Assembly: GCA_043800535.1 (NCBI GenBank) | Contig: JAZDMV010000026.1 | Location: forward strand, 5,781-69,780 | Direction of reading: 5' to 3' | Source: a bacterium | Lineage (GTDB): Bacteria; Patescibacteriota; Minisyncoccia; Portnoybacterales; GWB1-42-6 | DNA: 64,000 bases | Shown here: positions 8,474 through 17,333 of the stretch, one piece after another | How positions within the stretch are numbered: position 1 is the stretch's first letter | Layout: every line of letters begins with the position of its first letter | Made by a program: the position numbers and the translations under genes | The notes under the pieces: generated by a model | Told to the model about the DNA's origin: nothing | Databases searched by the model: none | The model's input: the letters and a program-made list of their open reading frames with translations, nothing else

Positions 8474-8881
8474 ATGAAACGCGAAAATCAAATTTTAGGC
8501 GCGGAAGGCGAAAAATTGGCCGAGAATTTTTTAAGGAAGAAGGGCTATCTGATTTTGGCGCGGAACTGGAAATGCAAATTTGGCGAGCTGGATATCGTGG
8601 CGGCCAGATACGAGGGGAAATTTTTGAGAAAAAAGAGAGTTATTGTTTTTGTTGAGGTCAAAACTATTGATATGGCCGATGCGAAGTTTGTCGGCCAGGC
8701 CGAACAGAATGTCAATTATTTCAAGCAGAAGCATTTAATCTCTTCGGCCCAATGTTATCTGAAAGCCAAATGCGTCAGCCCAGAAACTGCCTGGCAGATA
8801 GATGTCATCGCCATAGAATTTGACGCATTCGGCAAGCAGCATAAACTGAGGCATTTGGAACGGGCGGTGTGGGGAAGTTGA
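8474..8881 (+). CDS. YraN-family (UPF0102) endonuclease
   Basis: LGAEGEKLAENFLRKKGY...ARNWKCKFGELDIVA...FVEVKT. Confidence 0.75.
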   Translation: MKRENQILGAEGEKLAENFLRKKGYLILARNWKCKFGELDIVAARYEGKFLRKKRVIVFVEVKTIDMADAKFVGQAEQNVNYFKQKHLISSAQCYLKAKCVSPETAWQIDVIAIEFDAFGKQHKLRHLERAVWGS

Positions 8882-9063
8882 CAGGTTTTTTGAGTCGTAG
8901 TATATTGGAAATAGTTGAGTTTATGGGTCCGCTGCGGCGGACTAATTTTTTTAGAAGCTACTGAATACGGATCAGTACAGATATACGGATAACCCTTCGA
9001 CAAGCTCAGGGTATAATTCGTAAATCCGTATATCTGTAAACATCCGTAATCCGTAGAGAAATC

Positions 9064-10407
9064 ATGGATTTGCAACAATTTTCATCAGCCATAGACCAGA
9101 TATGCGAGGAGAAAGGCATCTCAAAGGACAAGGTCATAGAAACGATTGAGATGGCCATTGCGGCTGCCTATAAAAAGGACTATGGCCACAAAGGTCAGAA
9201 TATCAGAGCTAAATTTGATTTTAAGACCGGTGCGGTCAAAATGTACCAGGTCAAATTAGTCGTGGACGAGACAATGATAAAAAGCGAGGAAGAAATTGCC
9301 AAAGAGATGGAAGAAGCGGCACAGGCCGGAACAGAACGGCCGGAAAGAGAAGAGGAGCTTGGCCAGGAAGGCGTAAAAAAAGTGCGCTTTAACGAGGATA
9401 AACATATTATGCTGGAAGAGGCCAAAAAAACAGATAAGAAAGTCAAACCGGCTGACGAGATGAGTTTTGAAATTGAGGCGCACGTGGATTTTGGCAGAAT
9501 TGCGGCGCAAACCGCCAAGCAAGTGATAATCCAGCGGATTCGCGAGGCGGAAAGAGAAGCGGTTTACGAGGAATTTAAGAATAAGGAAAGTCAGGTGGTC
9601 TCAGGAATTGTCCAGCGGATTGAGCGGGGTGCAGTGTTTGTTGACATTGGTCGGGCAGTTGGCGTGCTTTTCCCGGAAGAACAAATTCAGGGCGAATTTT
9701 ATCGTCCCGGCCAGCGGTTAAGATTTTTGATACTTGAAGTGCAGAAAGATCCCAAAGGCTCGGGCGTGATTTTGTCGCGCAGCCACCCCAAAATGGTTGC
9801 ACAGTTATTTGAACTTGAAGTGCCGGAAATTGCGGCTGGCACGGTTGAAATAAAATCAATTGCCAGAGAAGCCGGCTCGCGCACAAAAATTGCGGTTGCT
9901 TCAACTGAAGATGGTATTGACCCGATTGGTTCCTGCGTCGGGCAAAGAGGAACGAGGGTCCAGGCCGTGATAAATGAATTGGGTGGCGAAAAAATAGACA
10001 TTATTGAATGGTCTGAAAATTCGGCTAAATTTATTGCAAATTCTTTGGCGCCAGCGAAGGTTTTAAATGTGGATATCAGCGAGGCGGAAAAAATTGCCCG
10101 CGTTCAAGTGCCCGAAGAGCAGCTTTCGCTCGCCATCGGCAAAAAAGGTCAGAATGTGCGCCTCGCCGCGCGTCTGACCGGCTGGAAAATAGACGTGGCA
10201 GGAGCAGGGGCCAAGGCGGTTGAGGGGCAAGAGGTGAAAGAAGGCGAAACAAAAACCGAGGTGAAAACCGAAGAGAAAGAAAAAGAGGCAGAAAAAAAGG
10301 TTGAAGAGAAAAAAGAAGGCGAAGAAAAAAAAGAAGAGAGCGGTGTTCAAAAAGAGAAAAAAACTAAAAAAAGCAAAAAAGCGAAAAAAGAAAAAGAAGT
10401 AATTTAG
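9064..10407 (+). CDS. nusA: Transcription termination/antitermination factor NusA
   Basis: NusA N-terminal domain, S1 domain (VVSGIVQRIERGAVFVDIG), KH domains (IGSCVGQRGTRVQAV...; LAIGKKGQNVRLAARLTGWKIDV); long K/E-rich C-terminal tail. Confidence 0.9.
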   Translation: MDLQQFSSAIDQICEEKGISKDKVIETIEMAIAAAYKKDYGHKGQNIRAKFDFKTGAVKMYQVKLVVDETMIKSEEEIAKEMEEAAQAGTERPEREEELGQEGVKKVRFNEDKHIMLEEAKKTDKKVKPADEMSFEIEAHVDFGRIAAQTAKQVIIQRIREAEREAVYEEFKNKESQVVSGIVQRIERGAVFVDIGRAVGVLFPEEQIQGEFYRPGQRLRFLILEVQKDPKGSGVILSRSHPKMVAQLFELEVPEIAAGTVEIKSIAREAGSRTKIAVASTEDGIDPIGSCVGQRGTRVQAVINELGGEKIDIIEWSENSAKFIANSLAPAKVLNVDISEAEKIARVQVPEEQLSLAIGKKGQNVRLAARLTGWKIDVAGAGAKAVEGQEVKEGETKTEVKTEEKEKEAEKKVEEKKEGEEKKEESGVQKEKKTKKSKKAKKEKEVI

Positions 10408-10493
10408 GCTCTACCAATTACGGATCTTTGCAAATAGTACAATATCATATTTGTAAAATTAGTAATAAATTCGTAATTTTGTAGGGTAAACTT

Positions 10494-12533
10494 ATGCATT
10501 TTGGCGTAATTATAGCAGTCGTCGTCAGCTTATTTGGTATTGGCTACGCTTTTTATCTGGCTAAAAAAATCATGGGCGAGCCGACCGGAGAAGGGAAAAT
10601 GGTTGAGATCTCAGGTTACATAAAAGAAGGGGCGACGGCATTTTTGAAAAGGCAGTATAAAACTATTTCGATGATCGCGATCGGCCTCGCAATTTTATTA
10701 TTTTTTGTATATAAATTTACCGGCGACGCGACATACGGTTTTCAAATTTCAGCGTCTTTTATTTTTGGCGCCGCTTTATCTTTGCTGGCTGGTTTTATTG
10801 GCATGTGGATTTCGGTCAGGTCCAATATCCGCGCCGCTTATGCCGCGCAAAATAGTTTTGCGAAGGCTTTGACAATTGCATTAAGAGGCGGAGCAGTTTC
10901 TGGCATAACGATTGTGGCGATGAGCTTGCTTGGCATTTCCGGGCTTTATCTGATTTATACTTTTTTTGGCTATGAAGTAGCCAAAATCCCTTCTCTGATC
11001 GTCGGATTCGGATTCGGCGCTTCGTTAGTGGCCTTGTTCGCGCAGCTTGGCGGCGGAATCTATACCAAAGCCGCTGATGTCGGGGCGGATCTGGTCGGCA
11101 AAATTGAAGCAGGGATTCCGGAAGATGATGCAAGAAACCCGGCGGTCATCGCGGACCTTGTCGGCGATAATGTCGGGGACTGCGCAGGCCGCGGAGCGGA
11201 CCTTTTTGAGTCAACGGCTGCCGAAAACATCGGAGCCATGATTTTGGGCGTAGTGTTATTCCCTCATTTCGGAATTAACGGTATTTTGTTCCCATTGGTG
11301 GTCAGGGCCTTTGGTCTTATTGCCAGCATCATTGGCGTTGCCGTGGTCAAGCCTAAAGAGACGGATGAGCCGATGAAGGCGCTTAACCGCGGATACCTTG
11401 TTTCCTGTGTTTTGGCGGCTATCGCGTTTTATTTTGTGACGATGCAGATGCTTGGCAGCATCTGGTTTTTCTACGCGGGGCTCGTCGGTATTCTGACAAG
11501 CATCGCCTTTGTTTTTATTACCCAATATTATACCGAGGCAAAATACCGGCCGGTGCAGGAAATTGTGCGCAGCTCTGCCACAGGCCACGCCACCAATATA
11601 ATCTCGGGGTTTTCGGTGGGTTTGGAATGTACAGCCGCGACAGTTATAACTATTTCAATTGCTTTGATCAGCGCCTATAAGCTTGGTTCTCTGACCGGTT
11701 TTGAGGGTGGCGGGATATTTGGGACAGCGGTGGCCACCATGGGAATGCTGGCAACAGCCGCCTATATTTTGGCCATGGACACTTTTGGTCCGATCACCGA
11801 TAACGCCGGCGGAATTGTTGAAATGTCCGGTGGTTCGGAAGAAACGAGAAAAGTAACCGATAAATTGGACGCGGCAGGCAACACAACCAAAGCCCTGACC
11901 AAGGGTTACGCGATGGGCAGCGCGGCTCTGGCGGCATTCCTGCTTTTTTCCGCTTATCTTCAAGAGGTGAAACTGACAATTGTTGATCTAGCAAAAGTTG
12001 AGGTTTTTGTCGGTGCGTTTATCGGCGCAATGCTCATATTTCTTTTTTCGGCCCTTGCGATTCGCGCGGTCGGCAAGGCGGCTTCTTACATTATTAACGA
12101 AGTGCGCCGGCAGTTTAAAGATGATCGTGGCATTATGGCAGGCACGAGCAAACCGAATTATTCAAGGTGCGTTGACATTACGACCAGGGGCGCTTTGAAA
12201 CAGATGATTTTGCCAGGGGTGCTCGCAGTTGCGATTCCGGTGGCTACTGGCCTGATTTTGGGGGCAGAAGCAGAAGCCGGTCTCATTATGGTTGGTACGA
12301 TTGTCGGTTTGCTTTTGGCAACGGTTATGAATAATAGCGGTGGCGCCTGGGATAATGCCAAAAAATTTATTGAAGCGGGAAATTATGGCGGCAAAGGGAG
12401 CGCGGCTCACGCAGCTTCGGTGACTGGCGATACGGTTGGAGATCCGTTCAAAGACACGGCCGGTCCTTCTCTGCACGTTTTGGTTAAATTGCTTGGTACT
12501 TTGACGCTGGCTCTGGCGGCACTTTTTATGTAG
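10494..12533 (+). CDS. hppA: Membrane-bound H+/Na+-translocating pyrophosphatase
   Basis: Multi-TM 679 aa protein with GIPEDDARNPAVIADLVGDNVGDCAGRGADLFES signature. Confidence 0.9.
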   Translation: MHFGVIIAVVVSLFGIGYAFYLAKKIMGEPTGEGKMVEISGYIKEGATAFLKRQYKTISMIAIGLAILLFFVYKFTGDATYGFQISASFIFGAALSLLAGFIGMWISVRSNIRAAYAAQNSFAKALTIALRGGAVSGITIVAMSLLGISGLYLIYTFFGYEVAKIPSLIVGFGFGASLVALFAQLGGGIYTKAADVGADLVGKIEAGIPEDDARNPAVIADLVGDNVGDCAGRGADLFESTAAENIGAMILGVVLFPHFGINGILFPLVVRAFGLIASIIGVAVVKPKETDEPMKALNRGYLVSCVLAAIAFYFVTMQMLGSIWFFYAGLVGILTSIAFVFITQYYTEAKYRPVQEIVRSSATGHATNIISGFSVGLECTAATVITISIALISAYKLGSLTGFEGGGIFGTAVATMGMLATAAYILAMDTFGPITDNAGGIVEMSGGSEETRKVTDKLDAAGNTTKALTKGYAMGSAALAAFLLFSAYLQEVKLTIVDLAKVEVFVGAFIGAMLIFLFSALAIRAVGKAASYIINEVRRQFKDDRGIMAGTSKPNYSRCVDITTRGALKQMILPGVLAVAIPVATGLILGAEAEAGLIMVGTIVGLLLATVMNNSGGAWDNAKKFIEAGNYGGKGSAAHAASVTGDTVGDPFKDTAGPSLHVLVKLLGTLTLALAALFM

Positions 12534-12540
12534 ATTTTTT

Positions 12541-12570
12541 ATTCCCTCTCCTCAGTTGAGGAGAGGGGTA
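12541..12570. repeat. GAGGAGG-type hairpin repeat (family 3), left of DUF559 gene
   Basis: ccctctcctcagttgaggagaggggtagggagagg; hairpin, also downstream of hppA. Confidence 0.7.
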
Positions 12571-12577
12571 GGGAGAG

Positions 12578-12931
12578 GTGTTGAATATGAGGACTATTCA
12601 TAATTTGAAAAATAAGGAGCAATTCCGTAAGAAGTTGAGAAATTCGGCCACTCCTCAAGAAATAATTCTCTGGTCAAAACTGAAAAGTAATCAGTTATGC
12701 TATAAATTCCGGCGGCAGCATTCTATCGCGAAATACATCGTTGATTTTTATTGCCCGCAAAAGCGCCTGATTATTGAAATAGATGGCAGCCAGCACATAG
12801 ACTCAGAACACGATAAGAAACGCGACAGATATTTAGAAGGGTTAGGATTCAGAATTTTAAGATTTTGGGATAATGACGTAAATAATAATTTAGAAGGTAT
12901 CCTGCTAAAAATTACTGAAAATTTGAAATAA
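12578..12931 (+). CDS. DUF559 (Vsr-like) endonuclease-domain protein
   Basis: Typical DUF559 sequence (PQEIILWSKLKSNQL...KFRRQHSIAKYIVDFYCPQKRLIIEIDGSQH...DKKRDRYLEGLGFRILRFW); AT-rich. Confidence 0.8.
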   Translation: MLNMRTIHNLKNKEQFRKKLRNSATPQEIILWSKLKSNQLCYKFRRQHSIAKYIVDFYCPQKRLIIEIDGSQHIDSEHDKKRDRYLEGLGFRILRFWDNDVNNNLEGILLKITENLK

Positions 12932-12947
12932 TTTTATCAACACCACC

Positions 12948-12978
12948 CCCGACCCCTCCTCGTCTGAGGAGGGGAGGG
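12948..12978. repeat. GAGGAGG-type hairpin repeat (family 3), right of DUF559 gene
   Basis: cccctcctcgtctgaggaggggagggcagag; direct repeat of the 12541 copy. Confidence 0.7.
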
Positions 12979-12995
12979 CAGAGAAAATAAAAAAA

Positions 12996-13016
12996 GACCA
13001 GTCGCGGGGACTGGTC
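12996..13016 (-). terminator. Hairpin gaccagtcgcggggactggtc with flanking A/T tracts
   Basis: Downstream of minus-strand small-protein genes; T-tract on minus strand. Confidence 0.55.
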
Positions 13017-13054
13017 TGAAGGTATTATTTGGTATATCGGTTTTACTTCGTTGT

Positions 13055-13258
13055 TCAATGATTGCACAGGTAGACTATCGGCTCATTTTCTCGGACGATC
13101 TGGACTTCTCCGAGCCCATTAATCGCGGCGTAACGGACGGACGCGTTTAAATTAGGGCAGCGAAGGTCGATTTTCGTGAGTAGCGGTGCAAGCTCGCCAC
13201 ATTCGATATCCTTTTTAAAGGCAAATTTTTCCCCCTTTGCTAAGTCTGCGAATTGCAT
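13055..13258 (-). CDS. Small hypothetical protein (67 aa) with strong Shine-Dalgarno
   Basis: AAAGGAGGGGG seven nt upstream of ATG (MQFADLAKGEKF...). Confidence 0.55.
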   Translation of the reverse strand: MQFADLAKGEKFAFKKDIECGELAPLLTKIDLRCPNLNASVRYAAINGLGEVQIVRENEPIVYLCNH

Positions 13259-13293
13259 AACCCCCTCCTTTCTAAAGATCAATTCAGCTAAAT

Positions 13294-13503
13294 TTAGCTG
13301 ATGTCAGATTCGCGGCCCATATTGTCTTCTTTGACCACCTTAACGAATTTAAGGCCTGCCGGTGTTGCATCCTTCGCCATTTTTTCGATTTCTTCCTTTG
13401 GTGTCCCGTCTGGGACATCCGCCCTTATGATAGGCCGTGTGGTTCTGGGAGTAAAAGGATTTAGCTTGGGGTTTGGGTCTCTATATATCGCCTTAACCTT
13501 CAT
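13294..13503 (-). CDS. Small hypothetical protein (69 aa) with strong Shine-Dalgarno
   Basis: GAAAGGAGGG upstream of ATG (MKVKAIYRDPNPKL...). Confidence 0.55.
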   Translation of the reverse strand: MKVKAIYRDPNPKLNPFTPRTTRPIIRADVPDGTPKEEIEKMAKDATPAGLKFVKVVKEDNMGRESDIS

Positions 13504-13571
13504 TTTTTGCCCTCCTTTCATAGTAGATAAATCAGATTATCATAAATACAAATTTTGTCAAAAATTTAAAT

Positions 13572-13636
13572 GTCATTCCCGCGAAAGCGGGAATCTAGGT
13601 CTTGGATTCCGGATCAAGTCCGGAATGACAAATAGG
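13572..13636. repeat. Composite palindromic repeat, family 1, copy 2
   Basis: gtcattcccgcgaaagcgggaatCTAG-gtct-TGGATtccggatcaagtccggaatgac; ends 8 nt before the tig ATG. Confidence 0.8.
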
Positions 13637-13644
13637 ACGTAAAT

Positions 13645-14934
13645 ATGAAAGTAGAAATCACCAAACTCCCAAAATCAGAAATAGAATTAAAAGTTGAAGT
13701 GCCTTCGGAAGAGTGGCAGGAATTTATTAATGAGGCCGCGAAAGAACTATCGCGCGATCTGAAAATTGAGGGGTTCAGGCCGGGGCACGCGCCCTCAAAA
13801 ATGGTTGAAGAGCGTATTGGTCTTGATAAAATTCTGGAAAAAGCGACGGATCTGTGCGTCAAAAAATGCTATGTGGAAGCGATTTTGGACGATAACATTC
13901 AAGCCATAGGCCGGCCGGAGATTAGCGTGACAAAAATCGCCAAAGACAATCCTTTTGAATTTAAGGCGCGCTTGGCGGTTCTGCCGGAAGTGAAACTGCC
14001 CGATTATAAAAAAATCGCGCGTGATGCGGCAAAAGATAAAAAAGAGATAAGCATTTCTGAAGAAGAAATAAATAAGTCGCTTGAATGGCTGCAAAGATCG
14101 CGGACAAAATATTCAACTGTGGCGCGGCCAGCGCAAGCAGGGGACAGGGCGGAGGTTGATTTTGAGGGTGAATGCGAAGGCGAGAAACTGCCCGAGCTTT
14201 GCAGCAAAAACCATCCGGCAGTTTTGGGACGCGGTTATTTTATGCCCGGATTTGAAGAAAATTTGCTAGGCATGAAGGAAGGCGAGGAAAAACAATTCAG
14301 CCTGCTTTTGCGCGAGGACTTTGAGCCAAAACGGCTGGCGGGCAAAATGATCGATTTTCGCGCCAAAATGAATTTAGTGCAGGAAAGCAAGCTGCCAGAG
14401 CTAAATGATGCATTTGCCCAGGGAATTGGAAGTTTTAAGGATTTGGCGGCTTTACAAGCGAGCGTCAAAGATGGCGTTTTAGCCGAAAAGAAGGAGCAGG
14501 AGCGCGACCGCTGGCGGACAAAATTAATAGAGGAAATTGCCAAAAAATCGAACATGGAAATTCCGGAAATCATGGTTGAGGGGGAAGTCCATCGGATGCT
14601 GGATGAGCTGAAAGCCAAAATTAGCCAGGTCGGGCTGACATACGAACAATATCTTGAGCGTTTTAAAAAGACCGAACAAATATTGCATGAGGAATTCGAA
14701 AAAATAGCAGGAGAGAAGGTAAGGGCGTATCTGACGCTCAAAGAGATCGCTATGCAGGAAAAAATAGAGGTCAGCGAAGAAGAGGTAACAAAAGAGGTCG
14801 ATCAGGCATTGCGCCATTTTGCTGGCCAGGAACAAGCGGAAAAAAATATTGACTTAGAGCAGTTAAAAGAGTATAGTAAAGACGTATTAAAAAACCGTAA
14901 GGTTTTTGAAATATTAGAAAACGACTCCGTTTGA
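13645..14934 (+). CDS. tig: Trigger factor
   Basis: MKVEITKLPKSEIELKVEVP..., FRPGHAP motif, PPIase-like middle region, C-terminal arm. Confidence 0.9.
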   Translation: MKVEITKLPKSEIELKVEVPSEEWQEFINEAAKELSRDLKIEGFRPGHAPSKMVEERIGLDKILEKATDLCVKKCYVEAILDDNIQAIGRPEISVTKIAKDNPFEFKARLAVLPEVKLPDYKKIARDAAKDKKEISISEEEINKSLEWLQRSRTKYSTVARPAQAGDRAEVDFEGECEGEKLPELCSKNHPAVLGRGYFMPGFEENLLGMKEGEEKQFSLLLREDFEPKRLAGKMIDFRAKMNLVQESKLPELNDAFAQGIGSFKDLAALQASVKDGVLAEKKEQERDRWRTKLIEEIAKKSNMEIPEIMVEGEVHRMLDELKAKISQVGLTYEQYLERFKKTEQILHEEFEKIAGEKVRAYLTLKEIAMQEKIEVSEEEVTKEVDQALRHFAGQEQAEKNIDLEQLKEYSKDVLKNRKVFEILENDSV

Positions 14935-15081
14935 CGGAGCGTCCCGAGCGAGTGAAACAAGCGATGGATCCCGAGTGAAACAACGGGATTGTTTCGTCGC
15001 CCCGCACTGTGCGGGACTCCTCGCAACGACAAATAATTTATAAGTTTTAGGTCTAACCATTAATTAGGCAAAAGACGACAA

Positions 15082-15669
15082 ATGAATCTGATCCCGACCG
15101 TGATCGAAAAATCGCAATTTGGCGAGCGCGCCTATGATATCTATTCCCGCCTTTTAAAAGAGCGGATCATTTTTTTGGGGACACCAATCACAGATGATGT
15201 TGCGAATGCCATTATTGCGCAACTTCTGTTCCTGGAAAGCCAGGACCAAAAAAAGGATATCATTATGTATATCAACACGCCCGGCGGCGTGGTATACTCT
15301 GGCCTTGCTATATATGACACCATGCGGTATGTGAAGCCGGATATTTCCACGATTTGCGTTGGCGTAGCAGCCAGCATGGGCGCGGTTTTGCTTACTGCCG
15401 GAACCGAGGGGAAGCGCTATATGCTGCCCAATTCCCAGGCCTTGCTTCATCAGGTGATGGGTGGGGCTGAAGGACAGGCAGTTGATGTTGATATCGCGGC
15501 GAGACAAATCATAAAGCTTAAGGATCGGCTCAATCAGATTCTTGCCAAGCATACGAGACAGGAACTCAAAAAAATAGAGCGAGATACGGACAGGGATTTT
15601 TATATGTCAGCGGAAGAGGCAAAGGCCTATGGTTTGATAGACAAAATCATCAAGGCCAAAGCGTCATAG
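15082..15669 (+). CDS. clpP: ATP-dependent Clp protease proteolytic subunit
   Basis: ERIIFLG...YINTPGG...[11 protein letters not shown]...HQ signature. Confidence 0.9.
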   Translation: MNLIPTVIEKSQFGERAYDIYSRLLKERIIFLGTPITDDVANAIIAQLLFLESQDQKKDIIMYINTPGGVVYSGLAIYDTMRYVKPDISTICVGVAASMGAVLLTAGTEGKRYMLPNSQALLHQVMGGAEGQAVDVDIAARQIIKLKDRLNQILAKHTRQELKKIERDTDRDFYMSAEEAKAYGLIDKIIKAKAS

Positions 15670-15709
15670 CTCGTCAAATTAATGGTTAGGGCGACGAACT
15701 GCTCTAACT

Positions 15710-17239
15710 ATGGAATACATAGGATATTTAGCCGCATTTTTTGTGGCTCTGACAGCAGGGTCATTTTTAGGTTATTGGGCGCGTCAGACCATTGCAAAAA
15801 AACAGCTTGGCAGCGCCGAAGCAAAGCTCAATAAATTAAGCGAAGATGCTAAGAATGAAACCAAGGAGATTTTGTTAAAAGCGAAAGAGCGGGCGGTGCA
15901 GATAATTGAGGAGGCGGAAAAGCAGGAAAGAGAACGCAAGCAGCAGCTGATAAAGATGGAGGAGCGGATGGAAAAGCGCGAAGAAAATCTTGACCGCAAA
16001 ACAGAAGAAGCAGAGAAAAAATATCAGGAGCTGATGGATAAGATAGAACGAGTAAAGCAGATAAAACAGGAGCTGGAAAATTTCAGTCAGACGCAAAAAG
16101 AGAAGCTGGAAAAAATTGCGGCGATGTCGCAGGAGGAAGCAAAAAAAGAATTATTGGCGATGACGGAAAAAGATTATGCGCAAGTTCTGGTTGAGCGGAT
16201 TAAAAAACTTGAAGAAGACGGCCACGAAGAGCTGGAAAAACGGGCGCGCGATATCATAACTTTAGCGATGCAGCGCTATGCCGCTTCGCAGGCAGCGGAA
16301 ATTTCAACGACCTCAGTTAATTTGCCTTCGGATGACCTAAAAGGCAGAATTATCGGCAAAGAGGGGCGCAATATAAAAACGCTTGAAAAATTGACCGGAG
16401 TTGAAGTAATTGTTGACGACACGCCGGGTGCCATTGTGATTTCCGGCTTTGACCCGGTGCGGCGGCAAATCGCGAAAATAGCGCTTGAAAAATTGATGGC
16501 TGATGGCCGCATTCAGCCCGCACGCATTGAAGAAACAGTAGAAAAAGCCAAGGAAGAGATTGGGGCCAAAATTCAGGAAGCGGGCGAGGCGGCGGTTTAT
16601 GACACAGGTGTGGCAGGGCTTGATCCAAAGCTCGTCAAAATTTTAGGACGTCTGCGCTTCCGTACCAGTTACGGCCAGAATGTTTTGCTGCATTCGGTTG
16701 AGGTGGCACATCTGGCAGGGGCCATTGCTTCCGAAATTGGCGCTGATGCTACTTTGGCCAAAAAAGCAGGGCTTTTGCATGATATTGGAAAAGCGATAGA
16801 TCACGAAGTCCAGGGCTCACACACGGAAATTGGCAAAACTATCTTGGAAAAATTCAACATCTCGCCAGAGATTGTAAAAGCGGTTGTTTCTCATCACGAG
16901 GAGTATCCGCATGAAAGCCCAGAGTCGGTCATTGTTGAGGTAGCTGACGCAATTTCCGCCTCGCGGCCAGGCGCAAGGAAAGATACGCTCGAGGCATACC
17001 TTAAGCGGCTTGAGGAACTAGAAAAAATTTCCAATTCTTTTGAGGGTGTGGAAAAATCTTTTGCCATTCAGGCGGGCAGAGAGATCCGCGTGTTTGTTCA
17101 GCCCGAGAAAATGGACGATCTGCAGTCGCGTAAACTTGCCCGCGATATTGCAGACAAAATTCAGGAAGAGCTGAAGTACCCCGGCGAGATAAAAGTTAAT
17201 GTGATAAGGGAGACTCGTGTTGTTGAATATGCGCGTTAA
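15710..17239 (+). CDS. rny: Ribonuclease Y
   Basis: N-terminal TM, coiled coil, KH domain (GRIIGKEGRNIKTLEKLTGVEVIVDD), HD domain (LLHDIGK...HHE). Confidence 0.9.
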   Translation: MEYIGYLAAFFVALTAGSFLGYWARQTIAKKQLGSAEAKLNKLSEDAKNETKEILLKAKERAVQIIEEAEKQERERKQQLIKMEERMEKREENLDRKTEEAEKKYQELMDKIERVKQIKQELENFSQTQKEKLEKIAAMSQEEAKKELLAMTEKDYAQVLVERIKKLEEDGHEELEKRARDIITLAMQRYAASQAAEISTTSVNLPSDDLKGRIIGKEGRNIKTLEKLTGVEVIVDDTPGAIVISGFDPVRRQIAKIALEKLMADGRIQPARIEETVEKAKEEIGAKIQEAGEAAVYDTGVAGLDPKLVKILGRLRFRTSYGQNVLLHSVEVAHLAGAIASEIGADATLAKKAGLLHDIGKAIDHEVQGSHTEIGKTILEKFNISPEIVKAVVSHHEEYPHESPESVIVEVADAISASRPGARKDTLEAYLKRLEELEKISNSFEGVEKSFAIQAGREIRVFVQPEKMDDLQSRKLARDIADKIQEELKYPGEIKVNVIRETRVVEYAR

Positions 17240-17333
17240 TTTCTTAGTTTCCCAGTTTCCTAATTTCTAAGTTGCAGAAGGAACAAAGAAATTAGGAAAT
17301 AAAGAAACTGGGGAATTATAATTTATATTGAAT

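Noticed and set aside
10063-10350. 95 aa Phe-rich minus-strand ORF
   Set aside because: Antisense of the A/G-rich codons of the NusA K/E tail.
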